DNA of 64,000 bases, from contig MU006093.1 of assembly GCA_010093705.1 (NCBI GenBank), forward strand, positions 429,557 through 493,556. Reading direction: 5' to 3'. A model generated the notes under the pieces. The model saw only the letters and a list, made by a program, of their open reading frames with translations. It was not told where the DNA came from and ran no database searches. Within the stretch, counting starts at the first letter, position 1, and every line of letters begins with the position of its first letter. Position numbers and translations under genes: made by a program. This DNA comes from Patellaria atrata CBS 101060. Taxonomy: Eukaryota. This document shows, piece after piece, positions 37,865-48,840 of this stretch.

Positions 37865-39418
37865 ATGGCCGCTCCTAAAACTCAGAGACGGGCCGTCCGG
37901 TCAGGGGTAAACAAACCGCAGAACTTGATCCAACCGGGCATCCAAGCCTTCACAAAGGTTACCAAAGCACAATCAGGTGTTACGGACTCAAAAAAGAGGA
38001 AATCTGCGTTTGAGGAGGAGTCGCCGCGTTTGAAGGTCGTTAAGCATGAGATCGCGTCGGTGCAGAAAGACGTGGGAAAGAGGAAACGCGGTGTGACACC
38101 AGACTCCGATAGCGAGGCGAAGCAGGCAAGGAACAAGGACACAATTGAAGAGAGCGGTGGTGAGATAGCTCTATTTGTAGAGAAGCGGCCTCAAAGGAGT
38201 AACAAGAAGCGTCGAACACAGCGCCAAACAGTTCCTCGACCAGATACACCTACCAAAGGAACGAGTAACCTACTCGCTGGCCTTGCCCTCGATTCCACAC
38301 CAGCAAAGAAACTAGCATTCAATGATTCAGCCTACGGTACTCCGGTAACTAGTCCCGAAAATCCCGCGTACGCCTCCGAAGACGAGAGTACTGAGCTCCC
38401 TCACGAACTCCAAAACCTGCTCTCTCTCCACGCAAGCTTCCTAACATCCCTCTCTCTGCACTACGCTCACAACGGCACCGCGACCCCTGTCGATCTCAAC
38501 ACCCTCATGCCCTCCATCTCCAAGCTCTGGCGCAAACGCCGCGTCCTCCTCCTCGACCTCCGCCGCACCCTGCACATCCTCCAAACCGCCTCCTCCAACC
38601 CGCGCAACCCCGCCGTCGCTCAAGCCGCCAACCTCAAACTCGCCGACTACGGCCGCGGCAAAATATGTCTCGAGATGAGCGTCCAACGCAACCCAGGCCT
38701 GCGCTCCGGCCACATCGACGAAAACGCCCTCAACGCCCTCTTCACCAAAGGGCTGATGCAGACCTGGACATCCTGGCGCTCTTCCCCCTCTCACGCAGCC
38801 TCTCCCGCGGAGGACTTCGTGGCACAACTTCCCCTCGCCCCCATCACCGTCTGCGCCTCCATCGCCAAGGTCCGCCCCTTATTACAGAAAGGCCAACAGC
38901 GCCTCGAAGACCTCAAAACCTCCACCGCGCAACTCAAAGCCTCAGAGACCGCGAAACGCGACGCTCTCCAACAGACATCCATGAACACGCAGAATAAAAC
39001 CCCCGCTGCACTCCAGAACCGCGCCACCGCGCTCCTCGATCGCATCCTTGCCAAACAGTCCGCCCTCGCCTTCGCACCCGCCGGGCCGAATAAGGAACAG
39101 CAAGAGCGCGCGGCGGCCCTGCACCGTGTCGAGGAGGTCGTTGGTGTGCTGGGTTTGCTGGCTGCGGGCAAGGGGACGGGGTTAGGCAGGGTTAGTTTCG
39201 GCATGCAGGCGCTTTGTCAGGCCGTGCAGGGGAGTGTGAGGAATTCGATTTCCGTGGAGGAGGCGGGGAGGGTTGTGAGGGTTATTGCGGATGAGGTAGC
39301 GCCGGGGTTTGTGAAGCTTGTGAGGACGGGGAGCGTGGTCGGGGTTGTGATTAGTCTTGGGGGGAGGGTTGGGGGGAACGTCTTGAGGGAGAGGGTAAGG
39401 GTTTGTTTGGAGGGGTAG
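37865..39418 (+). CDS. CDT1: DNA replication licensing factor Cdt1-like protein
   Basis: Intronless 517 aa. PIP/degron-like N-terminus (QPGIQAFTKVTK), CDK sites, LPHELQNLLSLHASFLTSLSLHYAHNG winged-helix-like block and C-terminal LLDRILAKQ..SVRNSISVEEA block. CGCG elements in the promoter. Confidence 0.7.
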   Translation: MAAPKTQRRAVRSGVNKPQNLIQPGIQAFTKVTKAQSGVTDSKKRKSAFEEESPRLKVVKHEIASVQKDVGKRKRGVTPDSDSEAKQARNKDTIEESGGEIALFVEKRPQRSNKKRRTQRQTVPRPDTPTKGTSNLLAGLALDSTPAKKLAFNDSAYGTPVTSPENPAYASEDESTELPHELQNLLSLHASFLTSLSLHYAHNGTATPVDLNTLMPSISKLWRKRRVLLLDLRRTLHILQTASSNPRNPAVAQAANLKLADYGRGKICLEMSVQRNPGLRSGHIDENALNALFTKGLMQTWTSWRSSPSHAASPAEDFVAQLPLAPITVCASIAKVRPLLQKGQQRLEDLKTSTAQLKASETAKRDALQQTSMNTQNKTPAALQNRATALLDRILAKQSALAFAPAGPNKEQQERAAALHRVEEVVGVLGLLAAGKGTGLGRVSFGMQALCQAVQGSVRNSISVEEAGRVVRVIADEVAPGFVKLVRTGSVVGVVISLGGRVGGNVLRERVRVCLEG

Positions 39419-40171
39419 GAGTTGGGGTGGGAGTTGGGGTGGGAGACTGGATGTTAGGGACAGAGTGTGATTGAGTGGAGTGGAATATAGTCTGATTCTT
39501 GGATAGGTGCGTCGGTCTTGTAGTTTTGACTCGGGTTAAGCATGTATCGGAGTTTGGATATGGCATTAGCGTAACATATTTATATTATATCAATTAACCA
39601 TATTTATCATATACTCTGACTCATTTCCCGCTCTTTGAAAGATTAAATCACTGGACAAGAGACCCTGTGAGTGAGAATGAGAATCGCATAAGGTACTGTC
39701 CTGCACTTCCCGAGTGCTCTATCGATTTCGCTCTAAAATTTTCTATCCACGCGAATATTTTACGGATATGGTAGGGGAGGTCAAATGTCAACTTTCTTCC
39801 GGTGTTGGAATTTCGACGTAGTAGAATACCTTATTAGCGTTCCCCGTTGGGGTGTTACAACGGGAGTCTATACTTATCAAGACGGAGCTGGATAAGTCTA
39901 GAAACGCGCCTGGCTTCTCACTTAACGTGGTCAACCACAAAGGTAGGTTTGGCAAAGTGATAGGATACGTATAACAAAGGCACTTCAAGTTGTCGATACA
40001 ACTTGCTGACTCCTTGACTTCGGGTAATGCTCACAATGAGACAAGACGTACTGTATGGAAACAGCGTAACAAACGAAGTCAAGTTCAAAACCGTAACATC
40101 CAAATCTATGGGTAAGATTGATGGTAAGAATAACTACGAAGAATCTAAATACATGAGGGAAAGACCGTCCT

Positions 40172-40317
40172 NNNNNNNNNNNNNNNNNNNNNNNNNNNNN
40201 NNNNNNNNNNNNNNNNNNNNNNNNNNNNNNNNNNNNNNNNNNNNNNNNNNNNNNNNNNNNNNNNNNNNNNNNNNNNNNNNNNNNNNNNNNNNNNNNNNNN
40301 NNNNNNNNNNNNNNNNN
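40172..40317. other. Assembly gap (146 N)
   Basis: Run of N in the sequence. Confidence 1.
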
Positions 40318-40939
40318 ACGTCACGTGATCTCCGTGCTCGTTGTTCCGTTCCGACGTCCTCGTGCTACCATTCCGCTGGTGATGCACTCTCTGTCGTCCT
40401 GTGGCCGTAACATGGGGATACTCGCAAGCTCGAGATCCACGGTACCTCTGACCTCGACTATGGTAGAGACATAGATTTTTGTTTCTCCTAGGATTTTCGT
40501 ACTGTTTAAAAGGGCGTTCTGCTTCTTCTTCTTCTGCTCGACCGCCTTTAGTTTTCTCGGTTTTCTTCATCTTACACCTCCATCTTTATTTACTCCTTTC
40601 TGTGAAATTACCTGTATATTATGTCCATATATCCTATATAGCATCTCGTGCATTGGGTTTCTGAGTACTTTTTATTCCAGTACAGTCTGTACGGCAATTT
40701 CTTCGGTTTCCAAATAATTTTCGGCTTTGTATAGCTCGTACAGCGGACAGTAGCACGAATGTCCCTCCAGGCCTTGGGATCATTCGTACACGTACGTCGG
40801 ACGGTATCACCGTGACTTACTTCCATTTTCCGAGTATACGCACCTACACGTCGTACCGAACCTCCTCTTAAAGATGTGCAAAGATACTCAATAACGATCG
40901 ACCGGGAGGCAGACAAACAACACTAGCCTCGTACAAACC

Positions 40940-41755
40940 ATGATCTTGGTTTGCAGGTCAGAGAAGAACAGGGAAGAAAAAGAAAGAGTTCACTTCCTGA
41001 GTCTGCCACAGAACATCCGGCGGGAAATCCTCCTCGAAGCACTTCTACCGCGCGGTGTAGAGTAACATATGGCGATGTTGATGGCCGAAAAATACGCCAC
41101 GAGTCGAGAGACCGATCCGGCTTGGTATTTAGAATGCATGTCCTGGGAGACCGAGCAGGCGTGGAGAAAGGTCATTCCGATTCTCTGGATATGTCGCTCG
41201 GCGAGGATAGAGATGGAATGTTTATTGGGGCAATGGGCTAGACGCGGCACGAGGCACATGCCGCTTCGTGGTTTTGAAAGGTTCGTGGGAGATCCGAAGC
41301 GATATGCAGGCGTGACGGAATTCAGTGTCGAATTCTTCCCCTGGGCATGCTCTGGTCACCGTGAGTGTATAGATAGAGATCTGAGGAAGGATGAGAAGCG
41401 GCCCTACGTTGATAATAACCTCTGGATGACCGTTTCGCGTTGGCTCGATGCTGTACGGATGCTACCGAAACATGTCACCACTCTCGTGGTGTATAATCCG
41501 ATTTTGGTAGAATACCTGTAGGACGGGGAGGGGAAGGTATCGCCAAGTCCGTGGGAATGGGAGCATATACACAGTAAGCAAGAGGGTACGGGTAGTCCAT
41601 GGGCAAAATGAGCGTATGGAATTTTGCACGCAAAGGGAAAGTGTAGATCCCGCGTACGAACATTTATTGGATATACTAGGACCAAAAAAGAGACGGGAAC
41701 TCGGATGGTAATATTAAGGAGAGAATGTATCAAAACATTATACCCACCTTTGTAA
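40940..41755 (+). pseudogene. F-box-like orphan gene interrupted by three in-frame stops
   Basis: One frame from ATG 40940: HFLSLPQNIRREILLEALL (F-box-like), TAA 41063, ILWICRSARIEM, TAG 41519, TGA near 41609, final TAA 41753. Confidence 0.55.
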
Positions 41756-43168
41756 CTGGGCAGTATCAAGGCCAGCATTGCCTATTATTGTATTTTAGAT
41801 ACCCATTAACTTATTCTCTGCAACCAAGCAACGTATGGACTGTAAGACTGCGAAATACAAGTAGTTCTTCATCATCCTTCGATTTGGCAATTCTAGGTTG
41901 TTGTACACTTGCTGTACGTACAGTGGCATAGGCACCATTAACTCTGAATTAAAGATTCAACTTCCTGTACGGTGGAGTCGGAGTCGAGAAGCTCCTTTCC
42001 GGAAGAGTAGTGCTGGGGTAAAGTGGTGAAGAATAGTAACGATGTACGGAACCGGAGATATTGGAAAAGCATCATTCCTGAAGGCTATGTCGCCCAGGAT
42101 TCTCGTATCTCTTCTCATCTCGCGGTATGGCTCCTGGCTTACAGTACACTTGCTGTTGGGGGAATTTTGCCTCCATCGATGGTATCAACCAGACTGGACA
42201 GATAACTCTCCGTTGTTGTGATGACCGAATGGTACATGCCTTGTAGAGTTGTCTTGGTTGCAACTTGGGCGTTCACCGATTGTGGGTGTAGCAAGTCTAT
42301 AGTGGTCCTCTACAAAAGCCCTAGCCATAGTTATTGAAGAAGGACTAGGCCGAATACATGATGGAGTGGTAGATGATATATGAAGTTGGCTCGTCGCAAC
42401 CTTTTCTTCAGTCCTGGTTCCATACTGAAGCTCTAGCGGTAAGGCAAAGTACGCCAGTAACCTCGCAACGTATGTGGTATCCGAGAACCTGACTGCATAC
42501 AGTATACCATATACCTTTCACTTAGCTCATTGATGGTGCAGACCGCCTTTGAATGCATATTGGCTTATACAAGATCCGATGGAGGTTGGATGTTTATGGC
42601 GGAGAAAGGGTTGCCGAGAGAACGAATGGTAACCCAAAAGAGTCACCCCTCCAAAAGTTATTGAAGTTATGCAGCAAACCCGCTTTACCTAAGCAGATTC
42701 AGAGGGAAAGATTGGATGCTACCGGGATGTGAACGACTTGGTTACTGCAGCTGGTTTGGAGTCATCGTGTGCGGTGTCTGTATCCGGTTTAGCTAAGTGT
42801 GGCAGAGCGAGCCTGGGGGTTGAAATGCGCAGCTGAATTGCTGAATTGCTCTAATCCCTCAGGCAGATATCTATACTCACTTTGCTCCTCAAATCTCAAA
42901 TTCTCTTCTGTTCTTTATATCTCAACTTTGCCTCTTGTATAGGGCATAGGGTGGTAATCGACTCTCAATCCGTAGTACTCGTTCAGCCTGAATAATCTGA
43001 TTTCACAAGGAACGAGAAGACCATTGTTGGAATCAATCGTATGTCCTAAGGAGAGATCGTGAAACTGGACAGAAGGGTTAACCTCTCTTAGACTCCGATT
43101 GCAGAGGGATAACACACACAATTCAATCTTCTTTCTACCTCAATCAATTACTTCCACAATCGTTCAAT

Positions 43169-45360
43169 ATGTTCATCAACACTAGCCCCGTTCGACGATA
43201 CCAGATCTTCCGTGCCTCAGGAAATCCCGGAAGCGTCTTCGATGCCAGCGCGAAGCTTATCTGGGAACCATCTCTGGAGTCTGACGAGTTGTATGATGCT
43301 TTGAAGGAGGCATTCCCTTACCTTGACACTCATCAAAAGAGAAAGAAGCAAGCCGTCCTCGAGTTCCTACATCAGGAGCTTGAAGAAAGTACGAAAATTC
43401 AACTTTTCAAAACATCCTTGTGAAGATCCCATCTAATACCTTTGACAGCTACTCTTGATCCCATCATCGAATCAATCTCATCTTCTAGATCTACTCAATC
43501 TCCAGCAATGCCAATGTTCAACATTGATACGCCATCTACCTCAACAGAATATCCATCAACGGTTTATTCTTACGCAAAGTCAGCATCATCATCATCTTCT
43601 TCTTCGCCATCTTCAGATGGTGCTACTGGTTCAACTCATCCCCCATCCCCCATGGAATCTTTCTCTTCTTTGAAAGCTCCCGCTTCCATGCAGGAAATGA
43701 CCAGCGTCTGGAATGCGGGCCCGAATCGAGAAGTTAAGATTCATACGAGACGTAACATGACTGAACAGGAACGGGTTGAGTACAGAAAACGACGAGAGGT
43801 CGGAGCATGTGACTTGTGCAGGAAGAGACGACGGAAATGTAAGCACAATGTGCTCACCACTTCCGAATCCAGCAACAAAGTCGTGAAATCACATTCCAAA
43901 TCAAGGTTAGTACAAACATCAGATTGGAGTTTCCCAACATTAACATTCGCAGACAATACCGCGGCAAACCTGAGGATAGCACTGCGAGACAATCGTCAAG
44001 GCAGCCAAGCTCTCCCGCCGTGAATAGCAATGAGGACTTCACAATCTGTGATCAGCTACCCCTTGATTCGGTTCCTGACACTATTTGGCAAATGTCTGCA
44101 TTCCCAGGAGCAGACTTTGACGCGTCATTCCAAGACATCATTGATTTCGATGCTTCACATGGTCAAAACAATCTACCATCATTAGATTTTGACAACGTCT
44201 TCAATGAGTTCACTAATGACCTTGACCTACCATTCAACGATCATAGCCTACCTATTTCACAATCTAATCCTTCCATCACTACAACGGACTATTGTGTCGA
44301 ACCTTCTAAGCAACAGAACACTTCATGGCCCACAAATTCTATGAGTGACCCGTCGGTAATTAGCCAACCGAACGGCGCTGCTAATGATAATGTTGCGTAT
44401 CAATCTACACTCACCGATACAAGACTTGGAGGTTGGGAGTTTGTAACCATGGATTCTCCTAGTTCGCTCGAAGACCAGACTGCAGTGCATTCTCAAACTG
44501 GCCTCGCAGGCTTTAATGCCGCGCAGCAACCTCTACTGGTTCGCCAATCTATATACCTCAATGCTTCATCGTCTGGACGACTTCGAGGCCAAAATAGCCA
44601 AGCCGAACAAGCTGGACACGTACAACTACCTGGCCAAAGTCTACTAGCGAGACCTACACCGGCCGAACCTCTTCAGCTAACCAACCAGGGCCTATATGGC
44701 AATGCTGCTTCACGGGATGAGATGCTACATCCAACTACGCAGGGCCTATATGGTAGTGCTATACCAGTTGGAGTGGTAAAACCAACCGCTCAAGACCTAT
44801 TTGGTGGAGCTTCACGGGCTGGAGTGACGAGACCAACCACTCAAGTCCTATCAGCGGGTGTACTTCTACGGACAGCTTCACAAGGCGTATCCGGTCAATC
44901 TACACCGGCTGGTATACCGCAGCCAACTGCGCAATGTGTATCTGGCCAAGCTTCACTGGCTGGCATTATACAGCTAACCGAGCAAGGCATATTTGGAAAA
45001 TCTGCACCCGCGGGAGTTGCACGTCCAACTACGCAAGGCCTCTTTGGTTCTCTCGGAGGATTCGTCTATTCCATTGCAGGTCTTTACAACGAGAATCCGT
45101 CTTGGGCTACCGAATGGCTATGCGACATCCAAGATGGAGCAGCATCCTTTTCCTCCGCAAAATTCATTGCCACTTCTGCCTTCTGGAACTTTTCGTTCCC
45201 CGTTTTGGCCATGTTCCTTTTGTTTGCAGGCTTTCTTCACTGGAGTACCAACGATACTGGGCGTGTGCTGTTCTCTGCTTTCTTGTTTGGTCTTTCTGTC
45301 TTGGGAAAGAATGGCCCTCGCCACCCTGAACAGAATGCAGGGCTTTTGATCAGCTTCTAA
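43169..45360 (+). CDS. Putative zinc-finger regulator (CX2CX6CXH) with internal repeats and two C-terminal hydrophobic helices
   Basis: Introns 43389-43448 and 43906-43952 join three ORFs in frame. RRNMTEQERVEYRKRREVGACDLCRKRRRKCKH, then an acidic/aromatic region, 17-aa repeats and hydrophobic segments FSFPVLAMFLLFAGFLHW and VLFSAFLFGLSVLG. Confidence 0.7.
44620..45060 (+). repeat. Degenerate coding minisatellite, about 51-nt/17-aa unit, about 8 copies
   Basis: LQLTNQGLYG, LHPTTQGLYG, VKPTAQDLFG, TRPTTQVLS, LRTASQGVSG, PQPTAQCVSG, IQLTEQGIFG, ARPTTQGLFG. Confidence 0.8.
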
Positions 45361-46000
45361 GGTGATCTTGTTGCTCTGGGAAGGTCGGTGACTGGTGATC
45401 AGCGTGCATGAGAAAAGTGTGGCTTCCACTCCTCTACGTCGATGAGGGGCATGTGTATATTTAGATTATATCGTCGATAAGGTAATATCGATGGCTTGAT
45501 ACCCTAATTTCATTGTATTATTACTCTTCAGGTTGATCAAGCGATCTGGCTCACCATCATAGTGAATAAAGGGATACTAAGTACCTAAGATACTGTTTAC
45601 ATGATTGATTGAGAAAAGTTAGAATCATATAGTAATTGGTTGACATATCACTCCTTCATGGGCTATTTAATGTATGTTTATGCATGGAGGTAGCCCTCAC
45701 TCATTGTCCGCATACTTTATTAAGATAGAAGAGTAAGACTTGTCTCATATGAGGTTATACATGGACCTCTCAAATCTATCCAAAGCACGAACACGCCCCC
45801 ATTGTCCTCTTGCACGTTGACTCGGAAGATATTCCCTTTACGTCAAAAACCGTTGTCCTGGTCTGTTTTATGTACGCCGTTGTATCCCTCCATAGAATCT
45901 AACGCCAAGTATCATCGGCAGATATACTATATGTACAGCTCATTTCTTCGCTTGCAAAAGCGCTCAAAAAAACCACTGTCATCAACCAGTGCGCCCCTGT

Positions 46001-46502
46001 TCATAGACTCGCTGCTGCCTCCACTGCACCTGCGGCTCTGAATGTCCTCGGACTTGTCACGACAACCTCGAGGTTTGGATATTTCCATTGCATGAATCGT
46101 GCCCATCCTGATATGAATGATTAGCATCTATACTCTCATTAGAGCTCACCCAATTCATCACGCCTATTTCAATCTCTCCTCCACCCCTTTACGAAGGTCG
46201 CCCACATAGGAGAGTACAATTCCGATCAGGTATCCTGATAGTGCGATATAAAGGAAGGACCTACCCCAATATGCGGCCTTCCTCCCAAAATATTTGCCCA
46301 AATATGGTACCAATACCATCGTTAACACGAGCTCTAGCTGCTGCAGACTCTCCCTCCATTCCCGTTCCGCGTCGGAGCGAAACTCTTCAGAATCCACGTC
46401 GCTTGAGACGTCTGTCGAGGGAAGGGAATCGATCTCATCGTTATGGAGATCTTCGGACGGAGGAGAGATGAACGATTCCGAAGCCGTCAGGTCGTCGGAC
46501 AT
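46001..46502 (-). CDS. MIM2: Mitochondrial import protein Mim2
   Basis: Acidic N-terminus then SDAEREWRESLQQLELVLTMVLVPYLGKYFGRKAAYWG/WARFMQW. Intron 46108-46264. Confidence 0.85.
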
Positions 46503-46846
46503 GATGCGGGACGTATTTTGGGGTGGCCAAACCGGAGACGGAGGAGACGGCAAAATGTCTTGAATCTCTTTGTTATTGCTTGCTCATTGAGAAATTTGAT
46601 ATTGTGTAGATTGGTCAGATTGATGCATCTGATAATGTTGAGGTGAGCTTCGGCAGGGTTCCAGCATAATTAGTCGAAGAATTGGCGAGAACGTCACAAT
46701 ATGATTTCGTTGATCCAGATTGACTCATCAACATTTCCATATTATAATTCAACAACCTTCCGTCGTTTTAACAAGACCAACTTATACCACAAATTGAAAG
46801 GATAACAACAATATCAAAGGAAAGTATTAAGAGACAGCTTGCAATC

Positions 46847-48003
46847 ATGGCGGACGTGGTAAGCACCCTTCTCAGTTACCCCTCCACAAATCGACCAGGA
46901 CAATCGCAGCAAAGGTATTGAGCATGGCTGACATTTAATGTATAGGAAACTGCACCCACCGAGCGCAAGGCTAGGAAATCAGTTGCCTTCAGCGACGGCG
47001 CGACGATCGTCGACAGCGACGGAAATGTCACCGAATCGGCCAGCGGAGGTGGCGAGAAGAATAGTGCTGAAAGCCATGCCGGTACGTCTTCCATGGACCG
47101 CGTTGATACAGCTCACTTGAGTCATACCTTCCAGCTCTAATACTAACGGAAGTTCACTTAGATGCAGCCGACAAAGCCGTAGACGAGGTAACAGACATGT
47201 TCAAAGACCTCGCAAAGAAGAAAAAGAAGAAGCCAAAGAAGGAAGAGGGTGATGCTGAGGCACCAGCAGGAGACGGAGATATCGACCTCTCTGCCCTGAA
47301 GAAAAAGAAGAAGAAGAAGCCAAAGGCGGCAGATCCTGATGAATTCGAGGCCAAGCTCGAAGCTGCTGGAGCAGGTGAAAAGGAAGATGGCGAAGAGGCT
47401 GCACTGGAGGAGCCAGCCGATGCTGGTGATCCGATCAAAGGAACGGGAGTTTGGTCGCATGACGCTACACAACCGATCAATTACAACCTTCTCCTCAATC
47501 GATTCTTCACTCTACTGCACGCAAATCACCCGGATTTGGCTTCTAGCGGCTCGAAGAGCTACAAGATCCCACCTCCTCAGTGTCTGCGTGAAGGAAATAA
47601 GAAAACCATCTTTGCAAACATCGCAGAAATTTGCAAGAGGATGAAGAGAACTGATGAGCACGTGACTCAATTTTTGTTCGCCGAACTGGGCACAAGCGGC
47701 AGTGTAGATGGAAGCCGGCGTCTTGTCATCAAAGGACGTTTCCAACAAAAGCAGATTGAGAACGTCTTGAGACGGTATATCGGTAAGCTCCTCTATCTAC
47801 ATCACTCAGCTTTGTTACTAACAACAAAATTAGTCGAATATGTCACGTGTAGGACATGTAGATCCCCAGATACCGAACTCAACAAAGGAGAGAACCGTCT
47901 CTACTTCGTTACCTGTAACTCATGCGGTAGCAGACGTAGTGTGACAGCCATTAAGACTGGTTTCTCTGCGCAAGTCGGCAAGCGGAAGAGGCAACAAGGC
48001 TAA
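46847..48003 (+). CDS. SUI3: Translation initiation factor eIF2 beta
   Basis: 12-nt first exon, poly-Lys boxes, [24 protein letters not shown]2-C2 finger (CRTC..CNSC). Three introns. Confidence 0.96.
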
Positions 48004-48840
48004 ACGACGTAATCAACCTGGAAGAGCCTAGTTATAGCTTCAACAGTTGATTAGAGCGCTTCGGAACGAAATTCACAACGGATTCACCAAAGGTTACCCG
48101 CTAAAAAATTAGGTTCAATAGGATTCTTTATCCATAAATCATCAGCATAGGCGTTCGATTGTACGTATACTAGATCATTAATGATATACGGGTCATATAG
48201 CTTGCTCATACTTCGTGTTCCACTACTCACTCCTAGGCTTGATTCATGGCATGTCCAGATGCCGTGATTGTGCTTTAGCTCAAGTTCTAACACCAAGCAA
48301 GTGTCATACCACTCACATAGCGGGATGTTTTCCTTAGCATCTTACTGCGCTTTATTTAGAGCACGGAGCTCTGAAATGCAGGGGATAGGCTTGGGCTGGC
48401 GCGTAGAGAAGAGCTTTGGTGGGGTAAACCGCGAATGGAAGCAGAGCTGGCTGCGCTCCTCACTCGACTATTTTCCACGCGGTATATGTCTCTCGTCCCC
48501 AATTCTTCTATTACTCCTTTTTTTCTCCCATGACTGGCATTTCTGTGATACTCGGGACAATATCGAATAAGCTTTTGCCTTTGCTTCCTGTGTGAGTCGG
48601 ACTGCGAACCTAACTGCGGGGCAATAGCTGGGCTGAGGCTGAGTAGAGAGTTGAACAAATATCTCACCATACGAGAGGAACTAGTGGTGAGCTGAGCGTT
48701 GAAATATTACTTGGGATCCTTCTGATTATCTTAAGGTTGATTACCACTTTCTTTCCATCCACATCCATCCACAACTCTTGAAGTAGGTTAGCAATCGAGG
48801 TCAAGAAGCAGACAATACAGCGCGAAGAGACCGCAATACC

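Noticed and set aside
39780..40171. Coding-looking sequence left of the gap
   Set aside because: Stops in all frames and no recognisable domain; the ORFs in the track are inflated by Ns.
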